64,000 nucleotides of DNA from an uncultured Syntrophaceae bacterium (GTDB lineage: Bacteria; Desulfobacterota; Syntrophia; Syntrophales; UBA2210). Below, one piece after another: positions 27,167-38,231 of the stretch; position 1 is the stretch's first letter, and the number at the start of each line of letters is the position of its first letter. Position numbers and translations under genes: made by a program. The notes below the pieces were generated by a model. The model saw nothing but the letters and a program-made list of their open reading frames with translations, made no database searches and was not told the DNA's origin. The stretch lies in NCBI GenBank assembly GCA_964394725.1, contig CAYMYS010000001.1:1763-65762 (forward strand), read 5' to 3'.

Positions 27167-27535
27167 TTAAACGCAAAGCACGTTCTGCACAAACGTCCCC
27201 CCATATCGCGGGATGTGAAAAATAGTAAAGAATGTGCGCATCATTTGGGCGGAGATAGGTCCCGGCCAATCATGGCCGAAAGGCCGGACGCAGTCATTCC
27301 AATCTCACAGGTCCCATGTCCTCAATCACCAGCTAAGTTATTTAATTTGTTTAATATCATCTTTGTCTTCCAGGACCAGTACCCATACCATCGGCTCTGT
27401 CCAGCCATGCTTTTCAGCAACCTGAGAGACTGTGAAGCCTCTCCATAAATCGACATTTGGCGGATTTGGCAGTGTTGCCATTTCCGCCAAATGGTCGGAT
27501 AAAGTCCTCTGCACCGAATGATTGAGCCGGTTCAA
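27167..27535 (-). pseudogene. Decayed fragment B of a DNA-methyltransferase-like gene (N-terminal region, three in-frame stops)
   Basis: A single frame reads '...VSQVAEKHGWTEPMVWVLVLEDKDDIKQIK*LSW*LRTWDL*DWNDCVRPFGHDWPGPISAQMMRTFFTIF...'. The pattern W.LRTWDLW..C..FG.DWPG.I..Q matches, from memory, the N-terminal conserved block of a family of N4/N6 DNA methyltransferases. Confidence 0.6.
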
Positions 27536-27565
27536 CTGCCCCTATTTACTCGCGCCGATTGCGCC

Positions 27566-28471
27566 CTATCGGCGCCAGGCTTCCAGCTGCGACACTTCTG
27601 CCCGCAACCGCGTTACTGTTTCAGGGGAGTTAAAGAGTTTCCGGCAGAGCTCGCATTTGGTATAGGTTATTATCTCGCGGGCCTTCATACCGGTAAAGGA
27701 TGCAATATTTGTTATCCCCATGGTTCTGATGCAGTTGTACAACCGGTCTGTTTCAGTTTTAGTAAAAAGCTCTTCCATTGAATTGTCCTTCAGGTTCCCA
27801 AGATAAAAAAATCTTGTTTCCTGGAAATGGCTCCCTGCATCGCAACAGGCATACATATCAAGATCGGGTGTGAGATAGGGGTTCATGTCGCAGCAGTTTG
27901 CCTGATAATCGGTGAGAATATTCCTTCGCTTGAAAGACTCCGCACGACCTGCGTATATGATGGGTTCGGGAAAAAATACGAGGCAGTGATCTCGCAAAAA
28001 CTGCTCATAGGGATCATCATTGATGGAAAAATCGGTAACAAAGGACACAAAATAATCTAACCCGATCTTCCGGCAGCTCTGTGCCGCATTCAATACGTTG
28101 TTCCGGTTTATATTTTTCTGGTGCCACCGTGAGTAACTCAATCTCAATTGGCAAAGGCCCTTTTCCTTCAATTCTGTAACAAGGCTTAGGGAAGCCTCTG
28201 CCGTCTCTGCCCAGAAACTATTGGTAACAATCCTCGTATATATTCCCAGTTGTCTGCACAGTTTCACAAGCTCTGCGATTTCATTGAAATAGAGAAGGGG
28301 TTCACCGGCGGAAAAACTTATGCCACCGACACCTGCCTGGGCTATCTCGACAATGATTTCTTTTGCCCTGTCATGATCCATTTTCCGGCTATCAGGAATA
28401 TCTCCCGAAGCCACGCAGTGCTCGCACCTGATATTGCATCTCGTTGAGTACCCAAAGGCTAATTTTCGCAT
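27566..28471 (-). CDS. Radical SAM protein with Cys-rich (SPASM/twitch-like) C-terminal region
   Basis: 'CNIRCEHC' (CxxxCxxC), 'SFSAGEPLL', and C-terminal 'CCDMNP...MYACCDAGSHF' and 'CELC'. Confidence 0.75.
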   Translation of the reverse strand: MRKLAFGYSTRCNIRCEHCVASGDIPDSRKMDHDRAKEIIVEIAQAGVGGISFSAGEPLLYFNEIAELVKLCRQLGIYTRIVTNSFWAETAEASLSLVTELKEKGLCQLRLSYSRWHQKNINRNNVLNAAQSCRKIGLDYFVSFVTDFSINDDPYEQFLRDHCLVFFPEPIIYAGRAESFKRRNILTDYQANCCDMNPYLTPDLDMYACCDAGSHFQETRFFYLGNLKDNSMEELFTKTETDRLYNCIRTMGITNIASFTGMKAREIITYTKCELCRKLFNSPETVTRLRAEVSQLEAWRR

Positions 28472-28811
28472 ATCTAAAAATAATCCTCTCGCTGTCCCCT
28501 CAAGCTCCTTGTGTGCGCTCGGTATGGTCGTGAACTTATGGGGTAAGACATATTGGACTCAACATATCAATTTTCCGAAGAAAAGAGTAGACAATATATA
28601 CACTGTCCCCCAAATTCACCAAGCTTTGTTAATCAGATGGATAATCCATGGTGTTACAGGGTGTGGAAAACTGTTTTGAAGGAGTTCCCGCCGCCGGATT
28701 AATCGTGACGGCAGGAACGTGCGAGGTTAAAAGTCAGGGCATCGGTGAACGACCATTAACAATATGTACGATTCAACCGGCTTTCACTGAGTGCTCTTTT
28801 GAATCTGATCT

Positions 28812-29090
28812 TTACTTCTTTTTGTAGGCCTTCAGCATGGCAAAGATCATCGGCGAAAGTGCGATGAGGCCGATCAGGTTTGGAATGGCCATGAGCCCGT
28901 TAAATGCATCTGAAATATTCCAGACAAAGCCCAGGGGAACAGTCGCACCGACGAAGACCAGTACGACCCAGGCCCACTTATAGTATGGTACCGTAGCGAC
29001 ACCTGCGATATAAACGAAATAGTCTGTGTGTCTAAGAAACTTGACTTGTTGACCACCAACCATCTTGACAGCGGGCAAGAACTGTGGCAA
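28812..29090 (-). pseudogene. 5'-truncated alanine/glycine:cation symporter (AGCS) gene, C-terminal ~75 codons only
   Basis: 'FVWNISDAFNGLMAIPNLIGLIALSPMIFAMLKAYKKK' matches the conserved AGCS C-terminus. No upstream coding sequence remains before lipA. Confidence 0.6.
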
Positions 29091-29162
29091 TAGACCCAGT
29101 CATTGATGAAAACTTAGGACACAGATTACATTAATGCTGAAGCATTTTGGTTTTCATAGATT

Positions 29163-30074
29163 ATGGAGAAGGTCAGTCACATGTCACAAAAAGGAACAAA
29201 GCCACCATGGTTGAGGGTAAAGATACCGTCGTCGCCATCCAATAAAATAATGTCGCTTATCAACAATAAATTGCTGCACACAGTTTGTGTAGAGGCAAAA
29301 TGTCCCAACCAGATGCAGTGCTTCGCAGAAGGGCAGGCAACATTTTTACTACTTGGACCAAACTGTACTCGCCGCTGTACCTTTTGCGCCGTGGGAAAAT
29401 TAGCTGTTCAGAAACCCGACAGTAAGGAACCGGCACGCATTGCTGATACAATAGCTCAGATCGGTTTATCATATTCCGTCTTGACGATGGTAACGAGGGA
29501 TGATCTCGCCGATGGAGGCGCCTCGCACATTGCGGAAACCATGAGAGAGATACGAAACCTGTCTCCAGATACAGAGATTGAGCTGTTGATCTCCGACCTC
29601 AATGGAAACTGGGACGCCCTTGATGTGATTGTACAGACGACGCCTGCAGTTCTTAATCACAATATTGAAACAGTGCCGCGCCTTTACCCCAGCGTTCGCC
29701 CCCAAGCTGATTACAAACGCTCACTGGACCTGTTAACCAGGGTCTCATCTATCCAGTCGGGAGTAATCACAAAATCGGGCATGATGCTTGGTCTGGGGGA
29801 AAGGAGGGATGAGATTCTTTCTGCTATGAATGATTTGAGAAACGCGGGATGCCAGCTTTTAACACTGGGACAGTATCTGTCGCCGTCGCAGGGACACCAT
29901 CCTGTAATCCGCTATGTTCATCCAGAGGAGTTTGACAAATATAAACAGGAGGCCCTGGATCGCGGCTTCCTTGGTGTGGCAAGTGCCCCCCTGGTAAGAA
30001 GCTCATACCGTGCGGCAGATCTATTCCACTCTGTAAATCATGGCAATCTATCCTCAATCAAATCATCTTCTTAA
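29163..30074 (+). CDS. lipA: Lipoyl synthase
   Basis: 'CVEAKCPNQMQC' and the radical-SAM motif 'CTRRCTFC'. 303 aa. Confidence 0.92.
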   Translation: MEKVSHMSQKGTKPPWLRVKIPSSPSNKIMSLINNKLLHTVCVEAKCPNQMQCFAEGQATFLLLGPNCTRRCTFCAVGKLAVQKPDSKEPARIADTIAQIGLSYSVLTMVTRDDLADGGASHIAETMREIRNLSPDTEIELLISDLNGNWDALDVIVQTTPAVLNHNIETVPRLYPSVRPQADYKRSLDLLTRVSSIQSGVITKSGMMLGLGERRDEILSAMNDLRNAGCQLLTLGQYLSPSQGHHPVIRYVHPEEFDKYKQEALDRGFLGVASAPLVRSSYRAADLFHSVNHGNLSSIKSSS

Positions 30075-30117
30075 TAGATCACCATAACGATTGTGATAGA
30101 GAAATCGAACGGTTCTC

Positions 30118-31344
30118 CTACTTTTTTATCTTTTTAGCCAACCCTCTGTTCTTGAGGAGATCACCGAGGGTACCCATTGAGGTGCTCGATTTCCCCATAT
30201 AGCTCTGGTAATCATCCTTTTCTTCCGCCTTCTGTGCCTCTGCATAAGCGGTCGTGAGCAGCGAAATCCGCTTTTGCTCCTTATCGATGTTTTCAATCTG
30301 AACCTCTATGTCCTGCCCTTGTTTCAATACTTCTCCCGGGTGATTAATCGTCTTCCCCGCACCCAACCGGGATATATGAATGAGACCGTCTATGCCCCCT
30401 TCCAGGGTAACGAAGGCTCCAAATTTCATCAGGCGTGAAACCTTCCCTCTATAACGAGACCCTACCGAATATTTTTCATCGATGGTCTCCCATGGATTGG
30501 GCAGAGTTTGCTTGATACTGAAGCTTAATCGATCATTTTCCCAGTCGAGTTTCATAATGACAACTTCTATCTCCTGACCACTCGTCAGGACATCTTTTAT
30601 GTCCTCTACCTGATCCCAGGAAATTTCAGAGATGGGAATAAGTCCCTGGGCGCCATCGATATCCAAAAAGGCCCCGAACTTCAGGATAGACGTTATAATA
30701 CCCGTCACCCTCTGTCCTTCCTGAAGCGTCTCTTTCAGGATTTCCTTCTTCTTCTGCAGTTCCTCTTCACGTATCGCCCTGTGCGACAGGACAATGTTCC
30801 GCCCATCCTCGGCATATTCGGTTATTTTAAAGGTAAGATGTTGTCCCACATACTCATTGTCATCGTCTCGCCTTCTGATTCCCATCTGCGAGTGAGGACA
30901 AAATCCCCTGAGCTTCCCCGCTATCTTTATCTCGTAACCGCCCTTGATTTCCTTCTCCACAACTCCTTCAACGGGTATACCGCTTCTCCATGCATCTTCA
31001 AGGTGTGAAAGGCCGGCATCTCTGCTGTCTATCCGTGTCGTAAAAATGAGTTCCTGGTTACGTGAAGAGAGGAAATGGGCCTCTATCGTATCACCTTCAG
31101 CGACGGTCAGTTCACCCTTGTCATCAACCATCTCCGATCTGGCCAGGGCGCCTTCACTCTTTCCACCAAGGTCTATGAATATCCAATCATTTGTAATCTT
31201 AACGATTTCAGCCTTCACTTTTTGACCAGGCTCTAGTCGCTGGGTTCCTACCAAACTCTCTTCCAACAGTTCTTCAAAACTCTTTTCTTCGGTACTTGTG
31301 CCGTTGTCGTCCTTTATATGATCCATTGTGTCCCTTTGTTCCAC
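30118..31344 (-). CDS. S1 RNA-binding domain protein (four S1 repeats, acidic N-terminus)
   Basis: Repeated 'G..V.G.V......G.F.D.G...G..H.S' modules. At 408 aa it is shorter than the canonical six-domain RpsA. Confidence 0.75.
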   Translation of the reverse strand: MEQRDTMDHIKDDNGTSTEEKSFEELLEESLVGTQRLEPGQKVKAEIVKITNDWIFIDLGGKSEGALARSEMVDDKGELTVAEGDTIEAHFLSSRNQELIFTTRIDSRDAGLSHLEDAWRSGIPVEGVVEKEIKGGYEIKIAGKLRGFCPHSQMGIRRRDDDNEYVGQHLTFKITEYAEDGRNIVLSHRAIREEELQKKKEILKETLQEGQRVTGIITSILKFGAFLDIDGAQGLIPISEISWDQVEDIKDVLTSGQEIEVVIMKLDWENDRLSFSIKQTLPNPWETIDEKYSVGSRYRGKVSRLMKFGAFVTLEGGIDGLIHISRLGAGKTINHPGEVLKQGQDIEVQIENIDKEQKRISLLTTAYAEAQKAEEKDDYQSYMGKSSTSMGTLGDLLKNRGLAKKIKK

Positions 31345-31699
31345 TCCTTCATCTTTTTATATTGTGTGGTCCTCTATTACCCTGCCAATCACTTACACGG
31401 TTCTTTTGATCCTCCCCCGCCGCGCTTCGAAATGCACCATAGCCATACTCCAGTTATTGAACCGAAGATATTACCACGGAAATATCTGTCGCACCTTGTG
31501 TCGAACCACAATATGAGGAGACATAACCACTGAAGCATTAATGTTAAAAGGGGTATTATTATAATTGAAAGTTTCACGGTCCAGAGACGGCAATCACCAT
31601 GTATAGGGGTTCTGCTGCCTCGACTCGTAACCAAAGCAGCATTCGGAAGGCTATCCTTACAAAGCAGAGACAGGATTGAAAACCGGCCTGAGTTACGAT

Positions 31700-32062
31700 C
31701 TATTCTCCTCTCTGTTTTTCAATTTCCTCTTGAGCCTTTTTACAATCAATGCACAGCGTGGTTACAGGCCGTGCTATCAATCGCTTTTCAGATATCTCTT
31801 TGCCACAGACTTCACATTTTCCGAATGTCCCTTCATCAATTCGGACGAGGGCTTCATTCATCTTTTTTATAAGTTTGCGTTCTCTGTCACGTATACGTAG
31901 CTCGAAATTCCTGTCAGATTCACGAGAGGCCCGGTCACTCAAATCGGGGAAGTTTTCGTTTCCTCCCGTCATCTCTGAAACGGTCTTCCCTGCATCATTC
32001 AACAGTTGATCTATCTTCTGTTTCAGCAATATTTTGTAATGGTCACGTTGTTCTTCTTTCAT
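31700..32062 (-). CDS. dksA: DksA/TraR family C4 zinc-finger regulator
   Basis: 'CEVCGKEISEKRLIARPVTTLCIDC' and the coiled-coil 'DRASRESDRNFELRIRDRERK'. Confidence 0.85.
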   Translation of the reverse strand: MKEEQRDHYKILLKQKIDQLLNDAGKTVSEMTGGNENFPDLSDRASRESDRNFELRIRDRERKLIKKMNEALVRIDEGTFGKCEVCGKEISEKRLIARPVTTLCIDCKKAQEEIEKQRGE

Positions 32063-32138
32063 TCCCCAATAACTCCCGCGCCTGATGGTTTACCAAGTGG
32101 TGTAATATATAGAATGACATCAGCTTTGTAAAGTTAAA

Positions 32139-32630
32139 TTAGCAATAATTTTTGTATGCCGTCAATATTTTTCCTATCAGGTTTGTCGTTGATCTGCCTT
32201 CCATGAGGGGAATAATTTTAATGCTTCCACCCCTTTTCATCACCGATTCTCCGCCTACGACTGTGTCTTCCGTCCAGTCTCCACCCTTGACCAGCACATG
32301 AGGTCCTAGATATTCTATTAAATCCAGGGGAGTGGCTTCATCAAAAATAGTTACATAATCCACCGCCCTGAGAGAAGCCACAACATAAGCCCTGTCATCC
32401 TGCGAAACAACGGGCCTGGCATCGCCCGTGATGTCCTGAACTGACCGAGCACTGTTAAGACCGACAATCAAGAGATCGCCAAGTTTTCTGGCTTCATTGA
32501 GATACTGAATATGGCCTGCATGCAGAATGTCGAAGCACCCATTTGTAAAGACAATCCTGCTGCCGTGACGCTTCAGCCTGTCGAGTTCCTCTTTCAGTCT
32601 TTCTTTCGATACTATTCTTTCTCTCATCAT
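32139..32630 (-). CDS. hldC: D-glycero-beta-D-manno-heptose 1-phosphate adenylyltransferase (RfaE domain II type)
   Basis: 'VFTNGCFDILHAGHIQYL' cytidylyltransferase motif. Start moved to MMRERIV (32630), removing the overlap with comF. Confidence 0.8.
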   Translation of the reverse strand: MMRERIVSKERLKEELDRLKRHGSRIVFTNGCFDILHAGHIQYLNEARKLGDLLIVGLNSARSVQDITGDARPVVSQDDRAYVVASLRAVDYVTIFDEATPLDLIEYLGPHVLVKGGDWTEDTVVGGESVMKRGGSIKIIPLMEGRSTTNLIGKILTAYKNYC

Positions 32631-32637
32631 ACTGCTA

Positions 32638-33369
32638 TCATGCCCTTGCAAGTGTAAGAACTGCCACCTCTTTGGCCCTCCCTCGGAGCAGTGTGCGGGT
32701 ACATTCCCGTACAGTACTGCCCGTCGTATATACATCATCAACCAGAAGCACCTTTTGGTCTCTTATCTTTTCACTGCACACCACTTCAAAGGCCCCTTTG
32801 ATATTTTTGCCCCGCTCCGTTTTCCCAAGGTTGACCTGCGGTACCGTATCAACTCTCCTCCTGAGAGCGCTAAAATCGAGGGGCAATGAAAACCGATGGG
32901 CAATATGTCGCGCCAATATCACTGACTGGTTAAATCCCCGCTTTCTCAGCCGAATGGGATGAAGGGGAACGGGTATGATCAGTGAATAATCTCGTATGTC
33001 AAAGGAGTCATAGTCATAATGGGCCATCATCTCTCCCAGTTTCTCACCGATGGCGATTTTGCTGCTGTATTTAAAGAGATGGATGGCATCGAGAAGTGAC
33101 TGCTCGTACCTCCCCAGGGCCCTGGCAACAGTAAAGGGTGGTTGTGAGGAAATACAGTCTCCACAGAGATGATTGGTGCCATATACATCGGAGAATGGTA
33201 GCCCACAGGATGTACATAAAGGCGGCCCTATACGGTTGAGACCTGCAAGGCATTGGGGACAGAAGGAAAACTGTCCCACCTTTCCCATGGAATCGCCACA
33301 AAGGACACACTGTGGGGGAAACAATATATCAACGAGCCCGCTGACTATTGCCCTTGTCTTACATATCAT
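32638..33369 (-). CDS. comF: ComF family phosphoribosyltransferase-domain protein
   Basis: N-terminal Cys pairs 'CVLCGD..CPQC' and the PRTase motif 'VLLVDDVYTTGSTV'. Confidence 0.85.
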   Translation of the reverse strand: MICKTRAIVSGLVDILFPPQCVLCGDSMGKVGQFSFCPQCLAGLNRIGPPLCTSCGLPFSDVYGTNHLCGDCISSQPPFTVARALGRYEQSLLDAIHLFKYSSKIAIGEKLGEMMAHYDYDSFDIRDYSLIIPVPLHPIRLRKRGFNQSVILARHIAHRFSLPLDFSALRRRVDTVPQVNLGKTERGKNIKGAFEVVCSEKIRDQKVLLVDDVYTTGSTVRECTRTLLRGRAKEVAVLTLARA

Positions 33370-33760
33370 TGTCCAGAGAATTAATACTTTGAGTGTTTTC
33401 CTCCACCTTCATGACAGAGGCCTCCGACCACAGCCGTTCTATATCGTAAAATTCCCTCACCGGTTCGTGAAATACATGTACCACGACATCGCCGTAATCC
33501 ATCAAAAGCCACCCGGCGGATTGCCTCCCCTCGACTCCCAGCGGCAAAACTCCCGATTCTTTCATTCTTTTTTCAATGGAATCGGCAATAGCTCTCACCT
33601 GACGATCGGAACTGCCGCTGCAAATAATAAAATAATCGGTGAAAGATGAAAGCTCTTTCACGCCCAGTATAGTAAGATTTTTCGCCTTCCTCTCCAGTGC
33701 CGCATTGGTCAACTGGATTACTCTTTCTTTCGCTTCTTGCCCTTTGCTAACTAAAATCAC
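33359..33760 (-). CDS. rsfS: Ribosome silencing factor
   Basis: 133 aa. 'TDYFIICSGSSDRQVRAIADSI' and 'WLLMDYGDVVVHVF' are typical of RsfS/Iojap. Confidence 0.88.
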   Translation of the reverse strand: MILVSKGQEAKERVIQLTNAALERKAKNLTILGVKELSSFTDYFIICSGSSDRQVRAIADSIEKRMKESGVLPLGVEGRQSAGWLLMDYGDVVVHVFHEPVREFYDIERLWSEASVMKVEENTQSINSLDNDM

Positions 33761-33789
33761 CCCCCCTTTATGGCATCATCGGAGCGTTC

Positions 33790-35178
<1,389 letters not shown>

Positions 35179-35290
35179 CTATCCCCCATCAGCCCTTTTT
35201 AATAACAGATGATAATCTACTGATTGATCCTGCTGCATACATTCTTTTCTTACTCCCTCATGCCCTGCCGCTGTTATGAGCGAACAACCG

Positions 35291-36874
35291 CTACATTTCG
35301 ACCAGGGCAACGGATAGTACGTGTGACACATCCTTCAACTTTTTCAACACTTCCTCGGATACTAGACTGTCCGTACTGAGAACAACCAGGGCCTTGCCAT
35401 CGACAAGTTCGCGACTCAGATGGAGCCTCGCTATATTTATACCGCTATTCCCCAAGGTTAATCCTATATTCCCGATAACACCCGGCTTATCGGAATTGTA
35501 GAGCACAAGCATATTCCCTTCGGGGATCACATCAAGGACAAACTTATTGATCCGTACGATCCTCGCGTCACGCTGACCAAAGATAGTACCGGCGGCATAA
35601 CTTTCTTCCTTTGCAGTCTTGACGGTCACGGCAATCATGCTTTTATAATCGCCGATCTCACTGTGCTTCGATTCCACAACGTTGATGCCGCGTTCTTTTG
35701 CAATTACCGGGGCGTTTATATAATTCACATTCTCGCCCAGTACGGGGGTCAAAAGGCCCTTCAGGAGAGAGATGGTGATCGGTGCAAGGTTATACTCCAG
35801 GATCTCTCCGCCATATTCGATGGCAACCTCCTTGATCCCACCGGGTACAATCTGGGCCTGAAATTGACCGAGTTTCTCAGCCAGATTCAAATAGGGATTT
35901 ATCAGGGCAGCCATTTCGGCGGTGATGGAAGGAAAATTGACGGCGTTTTTGATTTCCCCTGTACTGAGATAGTCCACGATCTGATGTGCCACGGCTATGG
36001 CAACGTTTTTCTGAGCCTCGTCCGTCGATGCACCCAGATGAGGAGTGCATATAACGTTGTCCAGGGCGAGCAGTCCCATATTTTTGGTCGGTTCCTCTTC
36101 AAAGACATCAAGCGCCGCGCCGCCGATCTTACCCGATTTAAGTCCCTCCAGGAGATCCTTCTCTTTGATGATACCACCTCGGGCGCAATTGATGAGAAAG
36201 ACGCCATCTTTCATTTTTGCAATGGCGGCGGAATCGATGATGCCCCGTGTTTCTTTGGTAAGGGGAGTATGGACGGTAATAAAATCTGCCTTCTCCAGAA
36301 CCTCGTCGAGGGTTAGAATTGTTATTCCCATCTTTTCCGCAACCTCCGGTAAAATAAAGGGATCATAGGCAATAACCTTCATGCCGAAACCCTGAGCACG
36401 GCTCGATACGATGGAACCCACTCTCCCGATACCGACTATTCCCAGAGTCTTATTGTAGAGTTCCGTCCCCATATACTTCTTCTTTTCCCATTTGCCGGCT
36501 TTCATGGTAGCCGTGGCATCGGGTATCATTTTTGCGAGAGATATCATCATTGCAACCGTATGCTCACCCGTCGTGATGGTACTGCCGCCGGGAGTATTCA
36601 TGACGACGATACCCCGTTTGCTTGCCGCCTCTATATCAACATTATCCAGCCCCACTCCGGCTCGTGCCACTACCTTGAGGTTGTCGGCCTTTTCTATCAA
36701 TTCCTGTGTTACCTTGGTGGCGCTCCTGATTGCCAGTCCGTCATACTCCTTGATGACACCCTTCAGTTCGTCTGGTGTGAGATTGGTCATGACATCGACC
36801 TCTATCCCCAGGGCATTTTCAAAGATCTCTACCGCTTCTTTCGCAAGATTGTCGCTTACAAGAACTTTTTTCAT
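35291..36874 (-). CDS. serA: D-3-phosphoglycerate dehydrogenase (long form with ACT domain)
   Basis: 527 aa. NAD fold 'LGIVGIGRVGSIV', followed by ASB and ACT-like C-terminal regions. Confidence 0.9.
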   Translation of the reverse strand: MKKVLVSDNLAKEAVEIFENALGIEVDVMTNLTPDELKGVIKEYDGLAIRSATKVTQELIEKADNLKVVARAGVGLDNVDIEAASKRGIVVMNTPGGSTITTGEHTVAMMISLAKMIPDATATMKAGKWEKKKYMGTELYNKTLGIVGIGRVGSIVSSRAQGFGMKVIAYDPFILPEVAEKMGITILTLDEVLEKADFITVHTPLTKETRGIIDSAAIAKMKDGVFLINCARGGIIKEKDLLEGLKSGKIGGAALDVFEEEPTKNMGLLALDNVICTPHLGASTDEAQKNVAIAVAHQIVDYLSTGEIKNAVNFPSITAEMAALINPYLNLAEKLGQFQAQIVPGGIKEVAIEYGGEILEYNLAPITISLLKGLLTPVLGENVNYINAPVIAKERGINVVESKHSEIGDYKSMIAVTVKTAKEESYAAGTIFGQRDARIVRINKFVLDVIPEGNMLVLYNSDKPGVIGNIGLTLGNSGINIARLHLSRELVDGKALVVLSTDSLVSEEVLKKLKDVSHVLSVALVEM

Positions 36875-36894
36875 GAAATTCCTCCTTCTCCGTA

Positions 36895-38025
36895 CTATAA
36901 ACCCTTAATTTTTTCTAAATAGACACCTTCCAGACCATCAAGTGCGGCGCGTACTTCGGATGGTTGAATCGTTGGACCGCACCACAAACGAAAGCCGGGA
37001 GGCGCATCCCTGTAGGAACCTATGTCGTGGGCGATATTTTCCCTGCTCAATTGCCCCGTAATCTCTTTGATAAACTTTGACTGATCCTTTTGCGTCATGG
37101 CAGTAAAGGCATCACTGGTAACAATGAGACACACCGATGTATTTGAACGAATGTCCTCTGATCGGGCAAGAAATTCCACCCAGTCTGTCCGGGCGACCCA
37201 TTCCTCTACAATCCTCAGATTTTCCATGCTCATTGCGATCAATCCCTGCAATCCGATTTCATCGGCCCATTGCAGGACATCGAGATAGTCTTCGACACAA
37301 ATCATGGATGGCGTGTTGATGGTGCTCCCTTCAAAGATGGTGCGATTGATCTTGTCGCCCTTCTTGAGACGGAATACCTTCGGCATGGGCCATGGGGGAT
37401 CGTATGATTCGATTCGTTCCACCGCCCGGGGACTTAAAACCAGGACTCCATGGGCAGCCTCCCCACCGAGACATTTTTGCCATGAATAGGTGACCACATC
37501 AACCTTCGACCAATCGATATGCATGGCGAAGGCGGCACTCGTGGCATCACAGATGCTTAATCCTTCTCTGTCATCAGGAATCCAATCCCAGTTGGGGATC
37601 TTTACTCCGCTCGTTGTTCCATTGGCAACAAAGACAACATCACTGGTCCAGTCCAAATTACCCAAATCGGGTATATCGCCATAGTCCGCTTTCAAAACTG
37701 TGGGATTGAGCTTCAGTTGTTTTGTCACATCAGTTGCCCACCCGGCACTGAAACTTTCCCAAACGAGAACAGTCACCGGCCTGGGACCGAGGAGTGACCA
37801 CAGTGCCTGTTCAAAAGCACCGGTATCTGAACCGGGAACAATCCCCAGAAGATAATCATCGGGTACTCCCAGTATCTTTTTGCTGTCTTCTATCGCCTTT
37901 GAAAGCTTTTTCTTGCCTGGCGCACTGCGATGTGATCTTCCAACAAGTGCGTCTTTTAACATATCAAGTTTCCAACCTGGCCTCTTACTGCATGGGCCGG
38001 AACTAAAATTTGGGTTGTTCATCAT
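36895..38025 (-). CDS. serC: Phosphoserine aminotransferase (short class)
   Basis: 'NFSSGPCSKRPGW' N-terminus. Start set to MMNNPNF (38025), which follows GAGGGGA. The track's ORF runs to 38097. Confidence 0.85.
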   Translation of the reverse strand: MMNNPNFSSGPCSKRPGWKLDMLKDALVGRSHRSAPGKKKLSKAIEDSKKILGVPDDYLLGIVPGSDTGAFEQALWSLLGPRPVTVLVWESFSAGWATDVTKQLKLNPTVLKADYGDIPDLGNLDWTSDVVFVANGTTSGVKIPNWDWIPDDREGLSICDATSAAFAMHIDWSKVDVVTYSWQKCLGGEAAHGVLVLSPRAVERIESYDPPWPMPKVFRLKKGDKINRTIFEGSTINTPSMICVEDYLDVLQWADEIGLQGLIAMSMENLRIVEEWVARTDWVEFLARSEDIRSNTSVCLIVTSDAFTAMTQKDQSKFIKEITGQLSRENIAHDIGSYRDAPPGFRLWCGPTIQPSEVRAALDGLEGVYLEKIKGL

Positions 38026-38231
38026 AGTTTCCCCTCGTAAATTGATAATAGTTGCACAAAGGTACAGTCTACTATCAGAATCGTTATCTTTATACAAGTA
38101 ATTTGGGGATGGTGGTAGAAATTTTCACTATCCAGACCTGGACGAAGTGTGGAGTAGGATCTCGCCTCAATTGATCCTCACAGGCAACACCATGGCAGAG
38201 ATAAGAAAGAGGGCACACTCCTTTTATGGAA

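Noticed and set aside
27167-27340. The in-frame TGA codons in the 27167-27535 frame as selenocysteine codons (selA is present in the window).
   Set aside because: The frame is also interrupted by a TAA. No SECIS-like hairpin follows the TGAs. The reading frame ends without catalytic motifs.
27338-27535. The 65-aa ORF immediately downstream of the radical SAM gene as a RiPP precursor peptide.
   Set aside because: The same frame continues through three stop codons into a recognisable methyltransferase-like block (LRTWDL..FGHDWPG). A decayed paralogue lies at 25620-25775 beside an unrelated gene. It is better explained as a pseudogene 5' fragment.
28434-28679. ORF 28434..28679 + (81 aa) in the radical SAM upstream spacer.
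   Set aside because: It overlaps the radical SAM gene's 5' end in antisense, has no RBS, and its composition is uninformative.
31345-31699. The 355-nt spacer upstream of the S1-domain gene as a housekeeping ncRNA (6S, SRP, RNase P or tmRNA).
   Set aside because: I could not find any of the conserved boxes of those RNAs on either strand. Only short, weak hairpins are present.
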